A stretch of DNA of 64,000 nucleotides from a virus. Of this stretch, positions 52,799 to 62,613 are shown piece by piece. Position 1 is the stretch's first letter; every line of letters begins with the position of its first letter. Made by a program: the position numbers and the translations under genes. The notes beneath the pieces are model-generated. The model was not told the DNA's origin. It did no database searches and saw only the letters and a program-made list of their open reading frames with translations. The stretch lies in the IMG/VR virus record IMGVR_UViG_3300049445_000358; one strand, 5' to 3'.

Positions 52799-53340
52799 TA
52801 GACTGGTTCCTCCGCATCTGTCTGGAACTCTGGCAGGACGTAGCCCTTGCCTTCAGGACACCAGTACGAGAAGAACCTCGGACGACGTTTTGCAAGGTTG
52901 TAGTTGGACACGAAGCTGTCTGAGCGGCATTTCCCAGGAGGGTTCGCATGGATGAGGTTAGGCCATTCGGTAACTATGCCTCCGTGTGCCCAGCAGTGAC
53001 CGAACTTGAACAGGACGACATCTCCAGGCTTGGGAGGCCCTTCAACTTCTCCTGCCCAAGTGAGAACAGCTTCAAGATAGAGCTCAGTACGTTGGTGGAT
53101 CGCCCACTGAGCAGGATAGGGTCTAGGATCGAACCAGGGAATCAGCCCTACCCGGCTGAAGATCTCGATGAGGATCATGGCACAATCGACGCCTACATCC
53201 TTGATCGATCCGTTCGAGACATAGGGAGTCCCGACCCAAGTGAAGGCCTCAGCCACGAGGAGTTTCCTCGCCTCTTCCTCGGTTGGTGTCGGAGTCGGGG
53301 TTAGCCCGGGAGGATTTGTGTCGACTGTCTGATCGGACAT
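52798..53340 (-). CDS. NlpC/P60 tail-associated peptidase
   Basis: AFTWVGTPY, GVDCA, PGDVVLF, HGGI, IHA. Confidence 0.9.
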   Translation of the reverse strand: MSDQTVDTNPPGLTPTPTPTEEEARKLLVAEAFTWVGTPYVSNGSIKDVGVDCAMILIEIFSRVGLIPWFDPRPYPAQWAIHQRTELYLEAVLTWAGEVEGPPKPGDVVLFKFGHCWAHGGIVTEWPNLIHANPPGKCRSDSFVSNYNLAKRRPRFFSYWCPEGKGYVLPEFQTDAEEPV

Positions 53341-53555
53341 TCAGCTAACATGCACTGATGTTTGGGGGTACCATTGACGAGGGGAGCGGAACAGCGGCTG
53401 CATCTATCCGTAAATGATTTCACTACCTCTTCGTGGAGGGAATCGATCGTACCAGGAGGCAGTCTCTTCAGGAACGCCTTGAAGAGTGCCAAAGCTCTTT
53501 CGCCCCTCTCCAGAGGAGGCAAGTCTGGCGACAAGAACTTATCTAGATCGACCAT
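53301..53555 (-). CDS. Small hypothetical protein
   Basis: CSRCS...HQC; fills the gap in the tail operon. Confidence 0.5.
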   Translation of the reverse strand: MVDLDKFLSPDLPPLERGERALALFKAFLKRLPPGTIDSLHEEVVKSFTDRCSRCSAPLVNGTPKHQCMLAECPIRQSTQILPG

Positions 53556-53562
53556 CGGGGTG

Positions 53563-54468
53563 CTATGCAGCCACGACCACGGGAGGTACCTTCGGGAATC
53601 CTCGGAAGCTGACTAACCTGTTGAACTTGAGCTCGCATGCTCCCCCACGACCCATCTTGGTGCAGCCCGCACTGGCCTCAAAAGTATCTCCAGGGTTCGG
53701 CAGTTGAGCTAGAGGGTAGGCCAGACCGAATGTAGTTCCGTCGTTACTTTCGATGGCTACCTGTACATTGATGAGTGGCCCAGATGTGAACTTCAAACGG
53801 CCTAGCGCGTAGTAGGGGACCCCATCGGCTCCAGTGACGGGAGAGATAGCCGTCGTTGGATTGATGTCTTGGGGAGAGGCCACGCCTACGGTGTAGGTCG
53901 AGGTGAAGTCTGCCCTGACCGCTCCGCATCCCGGCTCGTACAGAGTCCAGAGACAGCCCTGCTGGTAAGTGTTGCGAGGCATGTCTATGTCGAGCAGAGA
54001 CATGGGCGACTTGACCTTCATCTCGCAGAAGGTCCGACCCATACGGTCGATAGTTGAGACGAAGCCCAAGAACAGAGGTATGATTGCTACAGGCTGCTCG
54101 AGGTAGTCTCGATAGGCTACTTGCTGGCCCGCTGCCCAGAAGACTCGATCCCGTTGGATGGTTGCACCGTCCAGGAGGCCTGATTGAACTGCAGTGAAGA
54201 ACTCTGCACCGGCTAGCTGCTCTCCAGGGAAGGCTGAGATCTTCACGGTCAGTTCATCGACCTTGAAGCCTACTCCGAGATTGTACTGGAGGCCTTCGAT
54301 ACGTAGGGCATTAGCCTTGTAGGTGTGGCTATTGAGGTTGAGATCCAGATCGATGCTCGTGAAGTAGTCTGCCGCTCCATCGTTGAGGGTGAACGTGTAG
54401 AGTTCAGCTATCGCGAACCTGTGCTGGGTCAGGATCAGCTGGATCATCTCGGGAGGAACGTCTTTCAC
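53563..54468 (-). CDS. DUF2163 / BR0599-type baseplate hub protein
   Basis: CLWTLYEPGCG, AGCTK...CELKFN...FRGFPKVP. Confidence 0.85.
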   Translation of the reverse strand: MKDVPPEMIQLILTQHRFAIAELYTFTLNDGAADYFTSIDLDLNLNSHTYKANALRIEGLQYNLGVGFKVDELTVKISAFPGEQLAGAEFFTAVQSGLLDGATIQRDRVFWAAGQQVAYRDYLEQPVAIIPLFLGFVSTIDRMGRTFCEMKVKSPMSLLDIDMPRNTYQQGCLWTLYEPGCGAVRADFTSTYTVGVASPQDINPTTAISPVTGADGVPYYALGRLKFTSGPLINVQVAIESNDGTTFGLAYPLAQLPNPGDTFEASAGCTKMGRGGACELKFNRLVSFRGFPKVPPVVVAA

Positions 54469-54482
54469 CCTTCCTGCTCCCC

Positions 54483-55142
54483 TTACCGTTTGTCGCTACG
54501 GAATTTGCAGGACTGCAGAGTCCACATGTGGTGCATGAACTGTTCGAAGTCTTGAATGTCCTCGATGAACCTGCAGTAGTAATAGTACGAGTAGTCCATG
54601 GTGATGACTACGCCATCAGACACCGGAGTTGTGAATACTACGTTGATCAAGTCGGAGTCGATGTCCCAGTTTGCAGGGTCGTCCAATACGCCATCGAGGT
54701 ACACGTTCATAGGCTGTAGGAGGTTAGCTCCTCCGACAGGCTCAATGAACCAGGTGCTCCAAGTCCTCATCAAACGGAACGTTGTACGAGTGCCATCGCC
54801 TGTCGCGATGTGCTGATTCAGTCGGCGGTTGTCTTTCGGGTTGTTGTAGAAGAACCTTCCATACTGGCCTCGGCAGGCTACGAACAAGCCCGAGATCTCT
54901 TGGAGCTCCTTCATGCCTGCGACAAAGTGACCGGTATCCTTATCGACGTTCTGTGTCTCGTCCGCCAAGAGCTCGAACGTAATCTCGAACTCCCAAAGCG
55001 GATAGGCTTGCCTAGCAGAAATCTGCTCGACGCCTTTAACTGTAGTCTGTACTATCGAGGCATAGGTTGGCTTAACGTGAACAGAGAAGCCTGGCCTCAA
55101 GGTAGGAAAAACCGGAGTCGGTGTGGGATAAGTGAACGCCAT
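54483..55142 (-). CDS. DUF2460 (distal tail) protein, copy 2
   Basis: YPLWEFEITFE, FVACRGQYGRF, GDGTRTTFRL, YYCRF. Confidence 0.8.
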   Translation of the reverse strand: MAFTYPTPTPVFPTLRPGFSVHVKPTYASIVQTTVKGVEQISARQAYPLWEFEITFELLADETQNVDKDTGHFVAGMKELQEISGLFVACRGQYGRFFYNNPKDNRRLNQHIATGDGTRTTFRLMRTWSTWFIEPVGGANLLQPMNVYLDGVLDDPANWDIDSDLINVVFTTPVSDGVVITMDYSYYYYCRFIEDIQDFEQFMHHMWTLQSCKFRSDKR

Positions 55143-56413
55143 TACGGCCACCAGTCAACGATGAGATTTGCATCACCGGGCCTAAAGGGATTACCTCCGT
55201 ATGCGTCGTTTGCTGCAGGGAAGATGTTACCTCCTCCAAGTCCCGTCGTACCGTCGCACCTGATCTCCATATGCATGGTCAACGGGCTGAGAGGGTTTAT
55301 CTTGGCTGAAGGAATGTCAGTCCTACCTCTTGTGACCTCCAAGAACTGAGTTGTGTCGGTGATATCCATATCGATGTGGATTTCTATCGGAGGATCGATA
55401 CAGTTGGTGAACACAACCCTCATATAGCAGGCTGTAATGTTGTAAGTGGTCACGATAAACTTTGTGAAGTAAGTCCTACAGGTGACTCGGAAGGACCCTG
55501 TATCGGGTACCTGTATATTACCTGAGACAACCGTGAATAGGTTGCTCGGGAACCCTGTATCAACATCAGGCCTCTGGAACTGCCAGCCGTTGGCTACATA
55601 TGGAGCTCCGATGGCCGTGCCAAGATCTGGTGCGTATAGCCATACCTCTTGAGTTGGAGGAGGATCAGTTTGGGGCGTCGTGATAATCGGATCTTCATCC
55701 GGGATATGCTTTGGAAGGAAGATTGTACTCCCAGGTGGAGGAGGTGGGTCAGGCAAAGTACTCCTGAACTTCAAGGAAGGAACACGCCACCAACCGTAGG
55801 CGAACTCCTCTAAGTCGAGCATATCCTCGATGAAGCGACAGTAGTAGAAGAACGAGAAGTCGGCTGTAATCTCGACTCCCGGTGCAGGAGGATTTACGAA
55901 CTTAAGAGTACGGAGGTCTGTATCGATCCACCAGTTGTTTGGCTGTAAGACGATAACCCCGTTGAAGTACACGTTGAAGGTTTTGCCTACCCGGACATCT
56001 GCAATGCCGATAGGCTCGACGATGGCGTAAGGAGCAAACCCCCAAGTCCTGCTTAGCACAAAATCCTTAACAACTCCGTCACCTGAGCCTATGAGCTGCC
56101 CGACGCGAGAGTTGTCGTCTGGGTCCTGGTAGATGAAGGTTCCGTATTGCCCGTTCAACAGAAGCCAGAACTCAGACAGAGTCTGCATCTCTGTGTATCC
56201 CAGCACGTCTGAGAACGGAGAAGGATTTTTGCCCTCGTCCCTCAGGACCTCATACGTTAGTTCGAACTCCCACAGTGGATAGGGCATCTGATAGTTGGTC
56301 ACCTCTCGCCCTGAAGGAGGTGAGCTCACTATCGAAGCGAACGTGGGCTTCTTGTGCACAGAGAAGCCTACATGGATCAGAGGCTCGGCCGGGAAGAGAG
56401 GGATATCGGTCAT
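55142..56413 (-). CDS. DUF2460 protein, copy 1, with a ~200 aa C-terminal extension
   Basis: YPLWEFELTYE, GQYGTF, GDGVVKDF, YYCRF; then a Pro-rich linker and a beta domain. Confidence 0.8.
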   Translation of the reverse strand: MTDIPLFPAEPLIHVGFSVHKKPTFASIVSSPPSGREVTNYQMPYPLWEFELTYEVLRDEGKNPSPFSDVLGYTEMQTLSEFWLLLNGQYGTFIYQDPDDNSRVGQLIGSGDGVVKDFVLSRTWGFAPYAIVEPIGIADVRVGKTFNVYFNGVIVLQPNNWWIDTDLRTLKFVNPPAPGVEITADFSFFYYCRFIEDMLDLEEFAYGWWRVPSLKFRSTLPDPPPPPGSTIFLPKHIPDEDPIITTPQTDPPPTQEVWLYAPDLGTAIGAPYVANGWQFQRPDVDTGFPSNLFTVVSGNIQVPDTGSFRVTCRTYFTKFIVTTYNITACYMRVVFTNCIDPPIEIHIDMDITDTTQFLEVTRGRTDIPSAKINPLSPLTMHMEIRCDGTTGLGGGNIFPAANDAYGGNPFRPGDANLIVDWWP

Positions 56414-56425
56414 GACTTCGGTCAG

Positions 56426-59400
56426 CTAGAAGCCTGCAGGCCTCCAGCCGTTCCGAGCGGCGTTTTCAGCCCAGCGCATCATGGAGTTGCTGTTCCTCCT
56501 CATCAATCCTTCAAAGGACGAGCGTGTCGCAAATGGATGGTACCCCGAGACATTGGCGTTGTAGTTCAAAGTGGTCGTGTTGCTACCTCCACCTCCACTT
56601 CTGTTACCTCCTGAGGCGGTGTTGTGGATCATGTTCTGTACGCCGTCAGAGAGATCTGCTGGTAGGACCATCTCCCTGGGATGGATGACAGCTAGGGTAC
56701 CTCCACGGCCGTCATCAACCTTCATGCCTCCGGCGGCTGAAGGGACGACCATACCTGCATAACCGAAGAGGCCTCCGATGAACGGGATCGCCTTAAAGAG
56801 TGAACCGATACCCCCGAGAGCAGAACCGACTCCCGATGTAGCAGCCCCAGCAGCGTGGGCTTGTAGAGCTGCCTCGTCTGTTACAACAGCAGCAGTGTGA
56901 CCAGTTTCAGCGGCCTGCCCTAGAACCTTCGCACCAGTCAGGGCCGTCTCAGTAGTAGCTGCGGTACCCTTGACTGCAACGCCAGTTGCCGTAACTGCTG
57001 TGTCCGTATTCTTGGTCGCCGTACCGAGTGTTGTTGCAGCCTGTTCGATGACCTTAGCACTCGCGAGTTTAGTGCTTCCCCCGAACAGCAGATCAAATCC
57101 GCTTGACAGGTTCTTGATAGCACTTGGTAGACCTGTAACCAGCGAGAGGGCTCCACCAAGTACTCGCATCCTGGGGCTCACCAGCGCCAAACCGCCTGCT
57201 AAGGCTGACAGCCCTGAGCCCACTCGGGTTAGAGCATCCCAGGTACTACCTGTGCTTGTGCTTGTTGAACTCGACGATGAGGTACCACCGGAGCCTGTGG
57301 TACTGGGCGTCCCGGTGTCCTTGTTACCCCCGCCCGTCCCAGTGCCTGTACCTTTGGACTCGATGGTAGTCGTCAGCTTTGTCAGAGCTTGGGTGTTCTT
57401 GCTGATTTCTGAAGCCGACGATTGGGTCGAGCGGCTGTCTTCGGTTGTTGCAGTCGTACCCTTCTGGGCTTCTGCTGTATTGCTTCTGGTTACGTTAGCA
57501 TCGTCCGACATAGCCGTTTTGGCTTGAGTCGTCTCTGTCGAGAGACCCTTAACGGCTGTGCTGTTCTCGTTGACTGCTTGCTTGAGGGCCGCTGCATCAG
57601 GGTCGCTGCCTCCTCCACTGCCCCTTCCTGACCATCTGCCTCCTCGGGCTTCAACAGGCTCGATATGCCAGGGCTCTTTCTTCTCGCTCCAGTTCTCAAG
57701 CGGAGCCCACAAGCCTTGCTTGGCTAAGAAAGGCCGCATCCTCTCGAGTTCTGCCTGCGACAGCTGCTCTCCGCCAGCACCTCTCAGGTCGTTGGCTAGG
57801 CCAAGCTGCTCAACCTGGTCTCCGTACCCATGTAGTGAACCGCCGGGCTTGGCGTGTCCGATGCCTGCAACCTGTTGAGATACAGGTCGGAAGAGACTCC
57901 CCTTTGAGACATCCATGCCGGACGACCGAGCATCAGCCAAGGCTGCATCAAGCCGAGTATGGAAGTCCTGAGCCAGCTCTGGGCTGTCTCTGCCGACAGT
58001 TGGAGATGGTACATTAACTGAAGACGGTCCCGTGATATTGAAGGTACTGGTACCACGGAGTGTAGGTGAGGTTAGATCGCGCTCGCCTGAGGCACCACCA
58101 CGGAGCTCAGCGGGAGTCGGGCCAGCTCCTCCAGGACCTCCCCTCGAGATCTGGGCACCAGCTCCGATACTCTTAGCCTGATCGATCTTGGTGGTCAGGT
58201 CTTTGATCGCTTGGGTGTTCAGCTCAACGTAGTTGCCGGACTTCTTGGTGACCTCAGTCAGGTTCTGTTGTGCCGTCTTGAGGCTCTCGTCAGTCTTGCC
58301 CGGGCCTAGGCCGATAGCCTTGGTAACCCAGCTTGAAATAACCGAGCCGAGAGTGGTGTCTTTACCCGCTTCGGTCTCTACACCTAACGACTTGGCAAGC
58401 TGCTGTCCCGCAAGCTGGCTCGCTATGGAGCCTCCGAGACCAACGACCCCTCTTATCAGGGCCTGTCTCAGCTGCTGGGCCGCTTGCACCCGAGTCATTG
58501 TCCTGTCTAGGGCGCCCGTAATGACCTGCTCGATAGCTGACCCGACTTGATCGAACGATCGCTTGAACGCCTCCGCCATCTGCTTCGACGATTTATCGGC
58601 AGCAGCGGCGATCTTGTCCTGCTCGGATGCTACTGCCCGAGCGTAATCAGCCTCCAGCTGTAATCGTTTAAGTTGGAACTCCTCCCTGACGTCCTGCTTG
58701 AGGTTTTCGTTCGCGAGGATCGCGTCGTACTGGGCTGCTAGTTGGGTGTATAACTGAGCGGTATACTCAATCTGGTAACCTGCTGCCTGGGTCGCAGTGA
58801 TTTTATGCTCACGAACCTGAGCTTCCATATTTCTACGGAATGTCTCAAGATACGCATTGTCGATACGGCTCTTCATCTCCGTTTGACGCATGGTCTCACG
58901 GATCTGATCGTCGACAGCTCGCTGAGCAGCGCGAGCCATCTCAGTTTGGACTTCAGCCCACTGGTTACCGGTCTTACCGAACAGACGTGCCGCCTCGGAA
59001 GCCCACTCCTGGTAGATCTGCCGAATCTGTGTCCAGTTCTTACTGGCTTCCTGGAGCTTCTGACGCTCTGCAGCAGCGAAGCGTTGGTAGTTCTGTTCGG
59101 CTATCTGATTGGCAAGGGCTGACTGCTTCGACTGCTCTGCACTGTACCTTTCAGGCTGACTTGCATCCTCTCCTCTGGCACGCATTCCGGAGAGGATCTC
59201 TCTCTGAAGGCGCATCTGAGTATTGAGGTCGCTGGCAGCTTCGATCTGCTTGCGATGCTGAAGCTCGACGAAAAGGTTGAACTGCTGATCAGCTGCTGCT
59301 CTAGCTGCGTCCGTCTCCCGATTGAAGCCCTCAAGGGCTTGGGTGGTGTGCTCTCCCCAATATTCGGCATTATAGGCAGCCTGCCTACGGCGGATCTCAG

Positions 59401-60784
59401 CAATCTTTGTCTGATTGTTCTCAGCCGCCCGAACTTCTTCTTCGAAGCCTAACTGGGCCCGCTTAAAGGTATCCTGTTCGTCTTTGCCCTTGATAGTTGA
59501 GCTCTCGACTGTCAGGTTCCTGATAGTCCTGGTGATATCTGCCAGGTTCTTGGAGATCTCGAGTCGCTTACCTTCTGAGGCGGTGGTCCCCTCTGTGAGG
59601 CCCTGCATCTCCTTCTCGAGCTCAGCCCGACGCTCGGATAGGACCGTTATGGCTCGAAGGATATCGGCTTGCTTGGATAGCTCAGGAGAACCCTGGACAA
59701 CAGCAGCCCCCGCAGCCCTCTGCAGAGGTGACTCTGCCGGAGCCATATCGTTCGGGTTAGGCTTAAGCTTCGAAACATCCAGTCCGCCTAGTACATCTAA
59801 GCCTGGAGGGGGAGCCATCCCCTGCATACCGCTTACCAGGTTTAGGTACGCCTGCAACTGGACTGTAGTGTCGCGTACGCTCTCTCCTGCTTTGCCAAAC
59901 CGGTCATCAAGAGCTTGGAGGATGACTGCTAGCCCTGCAGACTCTTCGCCACTTTTGTTTAGCCGCGAAGCCAGGTTTGCAAGCTCGGGGCTTATGGCTT
60001 TGATGTCTTCGGCGCCCTTCAAGAACGATGAAGATGTTGTCCCGAACATCTTCTCGAACTTTTCAGTGCCGGCAGACAGACTCATATTGTTGATCGACGC
60101 GAAGGCCTGAACCAAGTTCATGATCTTCGGTCGTTGGGCATTCGCTGCATCGCCGATCTTGTCGACGTATTGCATCACCTCGCGAGCAGAACCAGATGAC
60201 TGGTTGAATCGGCTTGTGAAAGTATCGCGCCATCCTTCAACATCGGACTTGGATACATTCAGTCCTTGTCCGAGAAGGAGTAGATTGTTGTAGGTGTCTC
60301 TGACTGCAGCGGAGCCCTGATAGGCTTCGTAGGCGAAGTAAGCAGTCGCTGCAGCAGCGGCTAGTGCTGCACCTCCGGCAACAGCAAAGCCTCCGGACAT
60401 CATTCCGGTAAGGGCGTTGACTGCGGTACCTAGACCTCCCATCCTCTCCGTCATGACCACGAGAGAGCCTGGGATGCGGCTGAAGTTGCCGGTCATCATC
60501 TCATGACCGAGCACGATTATTTCACGTATCGCCCCCGAAGTGGCGAACGTGAACTGGTTCATAGGACCAGCTGGTGGTACTATATTGAGGGTTGCGTTAC
60601 CTGCAGCAGCGGCTGCATTACCCATCTGGGTGAACGCATTGGCAGCCGCGTTGGCTGCATTGGCGGCTTGGTTGGTAGCGTTGGTGAACTGCTGGGTATA
60701 GGCAGCGCCTTGCTGCATCCCCTGGTTGAATTGACCAAGAGTCGCAGTGACGTTTACATTAATCCCGCCGCCACCACCAAGCAT
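56426..60784 (-). CDS. Tape measure protein with an internal M15-type peptidase domain
   Basis: 1452 aa A/Q-rich helical protein; lambda-H-like N-terminus; SLH...AND...EPWH. Confidence 0.9.
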   Translation of the reverse strand: MLGGGGGINVNVTATLGQFNQGMQQGAAYTQQFTNATNQAANAANAAANAFTQMGNAAAAAGNATLNIVPPAGPMNQFTFATSGAIREIIVLGHEMMTGNFSRIPGSLVVMTERMGGLGTAVNALTGMMSGGFAVAGGAALAAAAATAYFAYEAYQGSAAVRDTYNNLLLLGQGLNVSKSDVEGWRDTFTSRFNQSSGSAREVMQYVDKIGDAANAQRPKIMNLVQAFASINNMSLSAGTEKFEKMFGTTSSSFLKGAEDIKAISPELANLASRLNKSGEESAGLAVILQALDDRFGKAGESVRDTTVQLQAYLNLVSGMQGMAPPPGLDVLGGLDVSKLKPNPNDMAPAESPLQRAAGAAVVQGSPELSKQADILRAITVLSERRAELEKEMQGLTEGTTASEGKRLEISKNLADITRTIRNLTVESSTIKGKDEQDTFKRAQLGFEEEVRAAENNQTKIAEIRRRQAAYNAEYWGEHTTQALEGFNRETDAARAAADQQFNLFVELQHRKQIEAASDLNTQMRLQREILSGMRARGEDASQPERYSAEQSKQSALANQIAEQNYQRFAAAERQKLQEASKNWTQIRQIYQEWASEAARLFGKTGNQWAEVQTEMARAAQRAVDDQIRETMRQTEMKSRIDNAYLETFRRNMEAQVREHKITATQAAGYQIEYTAQLYTQLAAQYDAILANENLKQDVREEFQLKRLQLEADYARAVASEQDKIAAAADKSSKQMAEAFKRSFDQVGSAIEQVITGALDRTMTRVQAAQQLRQALIRGVVGLGGSIASQLAGQQLAKSLGVETEAGKDTTLGSVISSWVTKAIGLGPGKTDESLKTAQQNLTEVTKKSGNYVELNTQAIKDLTTKIDQAKSIGAGAQISRGGPGGAGPTPAELRGGASGERDLTSPTLRGTSTFNITGPSSVNVPSPTVGRDSPELAQDFHTRLDAALADARSSGMDVSKGSLFRPVSQQVAGIGHAKPGGSLHGYGDQVEQLGLANDLRGAGGEQLSQAELERMRPFLAKQGLWAPLENWSEKKEPWHIEPVEARGGRWSGRGSGGGSDPDAAALKQAVNENSTAVKGLSTETTQAKTAMSDDANVTRSNTAEAQKGTTATTEDSRSTQSSASEISKNTQALTKLTTTIESKGTGTGTGGGNKDTGTPSTTGSGGTSSSSSTSTSTGSTWDALTRVGSGLSALAGGLALVSPRMRVLGGALSLVTGLPSAIKNLSSGFDLLFGGSTKLASAKVIEQAATTLGTATKNTDTAVTATGVAVKGTAATTETALTGAKVLGQAAETGHTAAVVTDEAALQAHAAGAATSGVGSALGGIGSLFKAIPFIGGLFGYAGMVVPSAAGGMKVDDGRGGTLAVIHPREMVLPADLSDGVQNMIHNTASGGNRSGGGGSNTTTLNYNANVSGYHPFATRSSFEGLMRRNSNSMMRWAENAARNGWRPAGF

Positions 60785-60802
60785 CTCACTACCTCGTCGA
60801 TC

Positions 60803-61198
60803 TTAGCCTACGTACTCGCCGTTAGGTTGGTTCTTGAGCCATTCGCCTATACGAATGACATTCGTGTAAGGATCGTCTGCTTCAGTTAGCGCAGGAGAAC
60901 CTCCCTGCATGTTCTGCTTAAGCTTGGCTTGAAGGTTTGTAGCTGCCTCCTGTTTATCCGGGTCCCAACTGAAGTACCCAACAGCCCACTGGCGAAGTGA
61001 AGGTCGCCTCTTCCACTCCGCCAGCAAAGCCTTATATCTTCTGTAGGACCATCTCCTGTTGATGCGATCCCAGGATCCTCCCTCGACGCCTTCAGAGACG
61101 AGTCGGGCGATTATTGCATCAAAGTCGGGGAGTCCGTCTCCATCAGGAACTCCTCCAGGGTCAGGTGCCCGTTGGACGGAGTCTGTGATGCTTTTCCC
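60803..61198 (-). CDS. Tail assembly chaperone frameshift extension (GT-like)
   Basis: The -1 frame is entered at the slippery site G GGA AAA (61198-61192). Confidence 0.7.
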   Translation of the reverse strand, partial: GKSITDSVQRAPDPGGVPDGDGLPDFDAIIARLVSEGVEGGSWDRINRRWSYRRYKALLAEWKRRPSLRQWAVGYFSWDPDKQEAATNLQAKLKQNMQGGSPALTEADDPYTNVIRIGEWLKNQPNGEYVG

Positions 61199-61758
61199 TC
61201 GCCGCTGAAGGAGGGATTCGACCCAGCCGATTCCGCCTCCCCGTTTGAACCCGAGGAGGCCTCGGCTTCCCCCGGCGAGGGCTCCGACTCCGGCAGCTTG
61301 GGTGCCCATTCCTCCTCCGTCAGGAGGGAGGACTTGATCATTAGGGCACCATAGGAGGCCGTCAGCATTCGCCATTGACTCGTCTTTAAGTCCTTGCACA
61401 GCTCGGCATGCTTACGGTCCATCGCATCAGCCTGGGTACCCTCGGAGGCGAGGGCTCTCTCGGCTACCTCCTCGTCGGACGTGAGGATGACAGAGAGGAT
61501 CCGGAGGATCGCGTCGATGCGCTCGACCACATCCCGTCCTGCTGCGACGAATCCCATGTACCCCCAGACCTGGCGGATTATGTGGAAGTGCAGCTCGGGG
61601 ATCTGGTACTTCTTGTCTCCGACTACGAAGACAACGTACTCATCCGTCTGCTCGACCTTCTTAAGATCCGCCAGGATCTGCTCGCGAGCCTTACGCAGGT
61701 CTTCCTGGGTAGGTCCCTGCGTATTATAGGACGCCGTCAAGACTGGAAAGTCGGACAT
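61111..61758 (-). CDS. Tail assembly chaperone (G-like)
   Basis: Between tail tube and TMP; GGAG RBS. Confidence 0.8.
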   Translation of the reverse strand: MSDFPVLTASYNTQGPTQEDLRKAREQILADLKKVEQTDEYVVFVVGDKKYQIPELHFHIIRQVWGYMGFVAAGRDVVERIDAILRILSVILTSDEEVAERALASEGTQADAMDRKHAELCKDLKTSQWRMLTASYGALMIKSSLLTEEEWAPKLPESEPSPGEAEASSGSNGEAESAGSNPSFSGEGKASQTPSNGHLTLEEFLMETDSPTLMQ

Positions 61759-61806
61759 CCGAGTCTATGCTCCTGTGTTCAGCCGGCTGGTTGTCGGCTG
61801 CGGTGG

Positions 61807-62568
61807 TTACTGGTTCGTGCTCAGCTTGAAGGTCGAGCCGTCGAAGCCGGCGAACGCACCGAACCCGAAGTCGTTGATCACGAAGTTGTCGACCGTAGTC
61901 GGCAGACCGATGTTCGTGCCAACGCAGTTGTAGAGGGTCAGGTTCAGAGAGTTGCCGCCGTACGGCTGGTAGAAGTCCCCTCGGAATACGGGCGTCGTAC
62001 CCATGAACGGATTTCCGCCGTCCAAGGTGAAGCCGCCGGCGACCGTATACTCGTACGAGATCTGGATAGGCAAGACCGCCGGACTCGTTGGGACGTCACC
62101 GGTGAAGAAATTGTAGACGCCTCCTGTGGCTGCCTTGTATTGGCCGGCGGACAGTGTGGCGGTCGTATTGACCTTGGTCATCCTGGCGCCGGTGCTGGGA
62201 ACAAATACGCCGAGGTCGAAGGTCCAGGTCGCTCCTTGCGAAGCCGTAATGGTGGCCGCGATATTGCGAGCCTCCGCGAACTGCGTCAGAGTCTGCCCGG
62301 CAGCAACGGTCTGACCGAAGAATAGAGAGTTGTAGACCGGCGTCGAGATCAAGGCGTATTTGCCCTTACCCTCGATCTTGGTCTTGCCCCGGGCAACGGC
62401 AATCGGGAACTGACCCTGCGAGTACAGGTCACGCAGATCACCGGTGAAGGTAATCGTGATGTCCTGCAGAGCCATCAGCTGCACTGGCGTTGCGTCGGCG
62501 ATGTCGGTGCGGGTGACGAAGAAGACCCCCGATCCGAAGCCGAGTTGCATCTGGGTAGTGGCGACCAT
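61807..62568 (-). CDS. Major tail (tube) protein
   Basis: FGSG..., LQDITITF...LYSQGQFPIAVARGK; GAGGAG RBS; GC3-rich codons. Confidence 0.8.
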   Translation of the reverse strand: MVATTQMQLGFGSGVFFVTRTDIADATPVQLMALQDITITFTGDLRDLYSQGQFPIAVARGKTKIEGKGKYALISTPVYNSLFFGQTVAAGQTLTQFAEARNIAATITASQGATWTFDLGVFVPSTGARMTKVNTTATLSAGQYKAATGGVYNFFTGDVPTSPAVLPIQISYEYTVAGGFTLDGGNPFMGTTPVFRGDFYQPYGGNSLNLTLYNCVGTNIGLPTTVDNFVINDFGFGAFAGFDGSTFKLSTNQ

Positions 62569-62613
62569 GTCTTAACTCCTCAGAGGTCTTTTGGCGTTGT
62601 AGTAGTTAGTTAG

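Noticed and set aside
61408-62325. 305 aa + strand ORF
   Set aside because: Antisense shadow of the GC3-rich tail tube and chaperone genes; no RBS or recognisable motifs.
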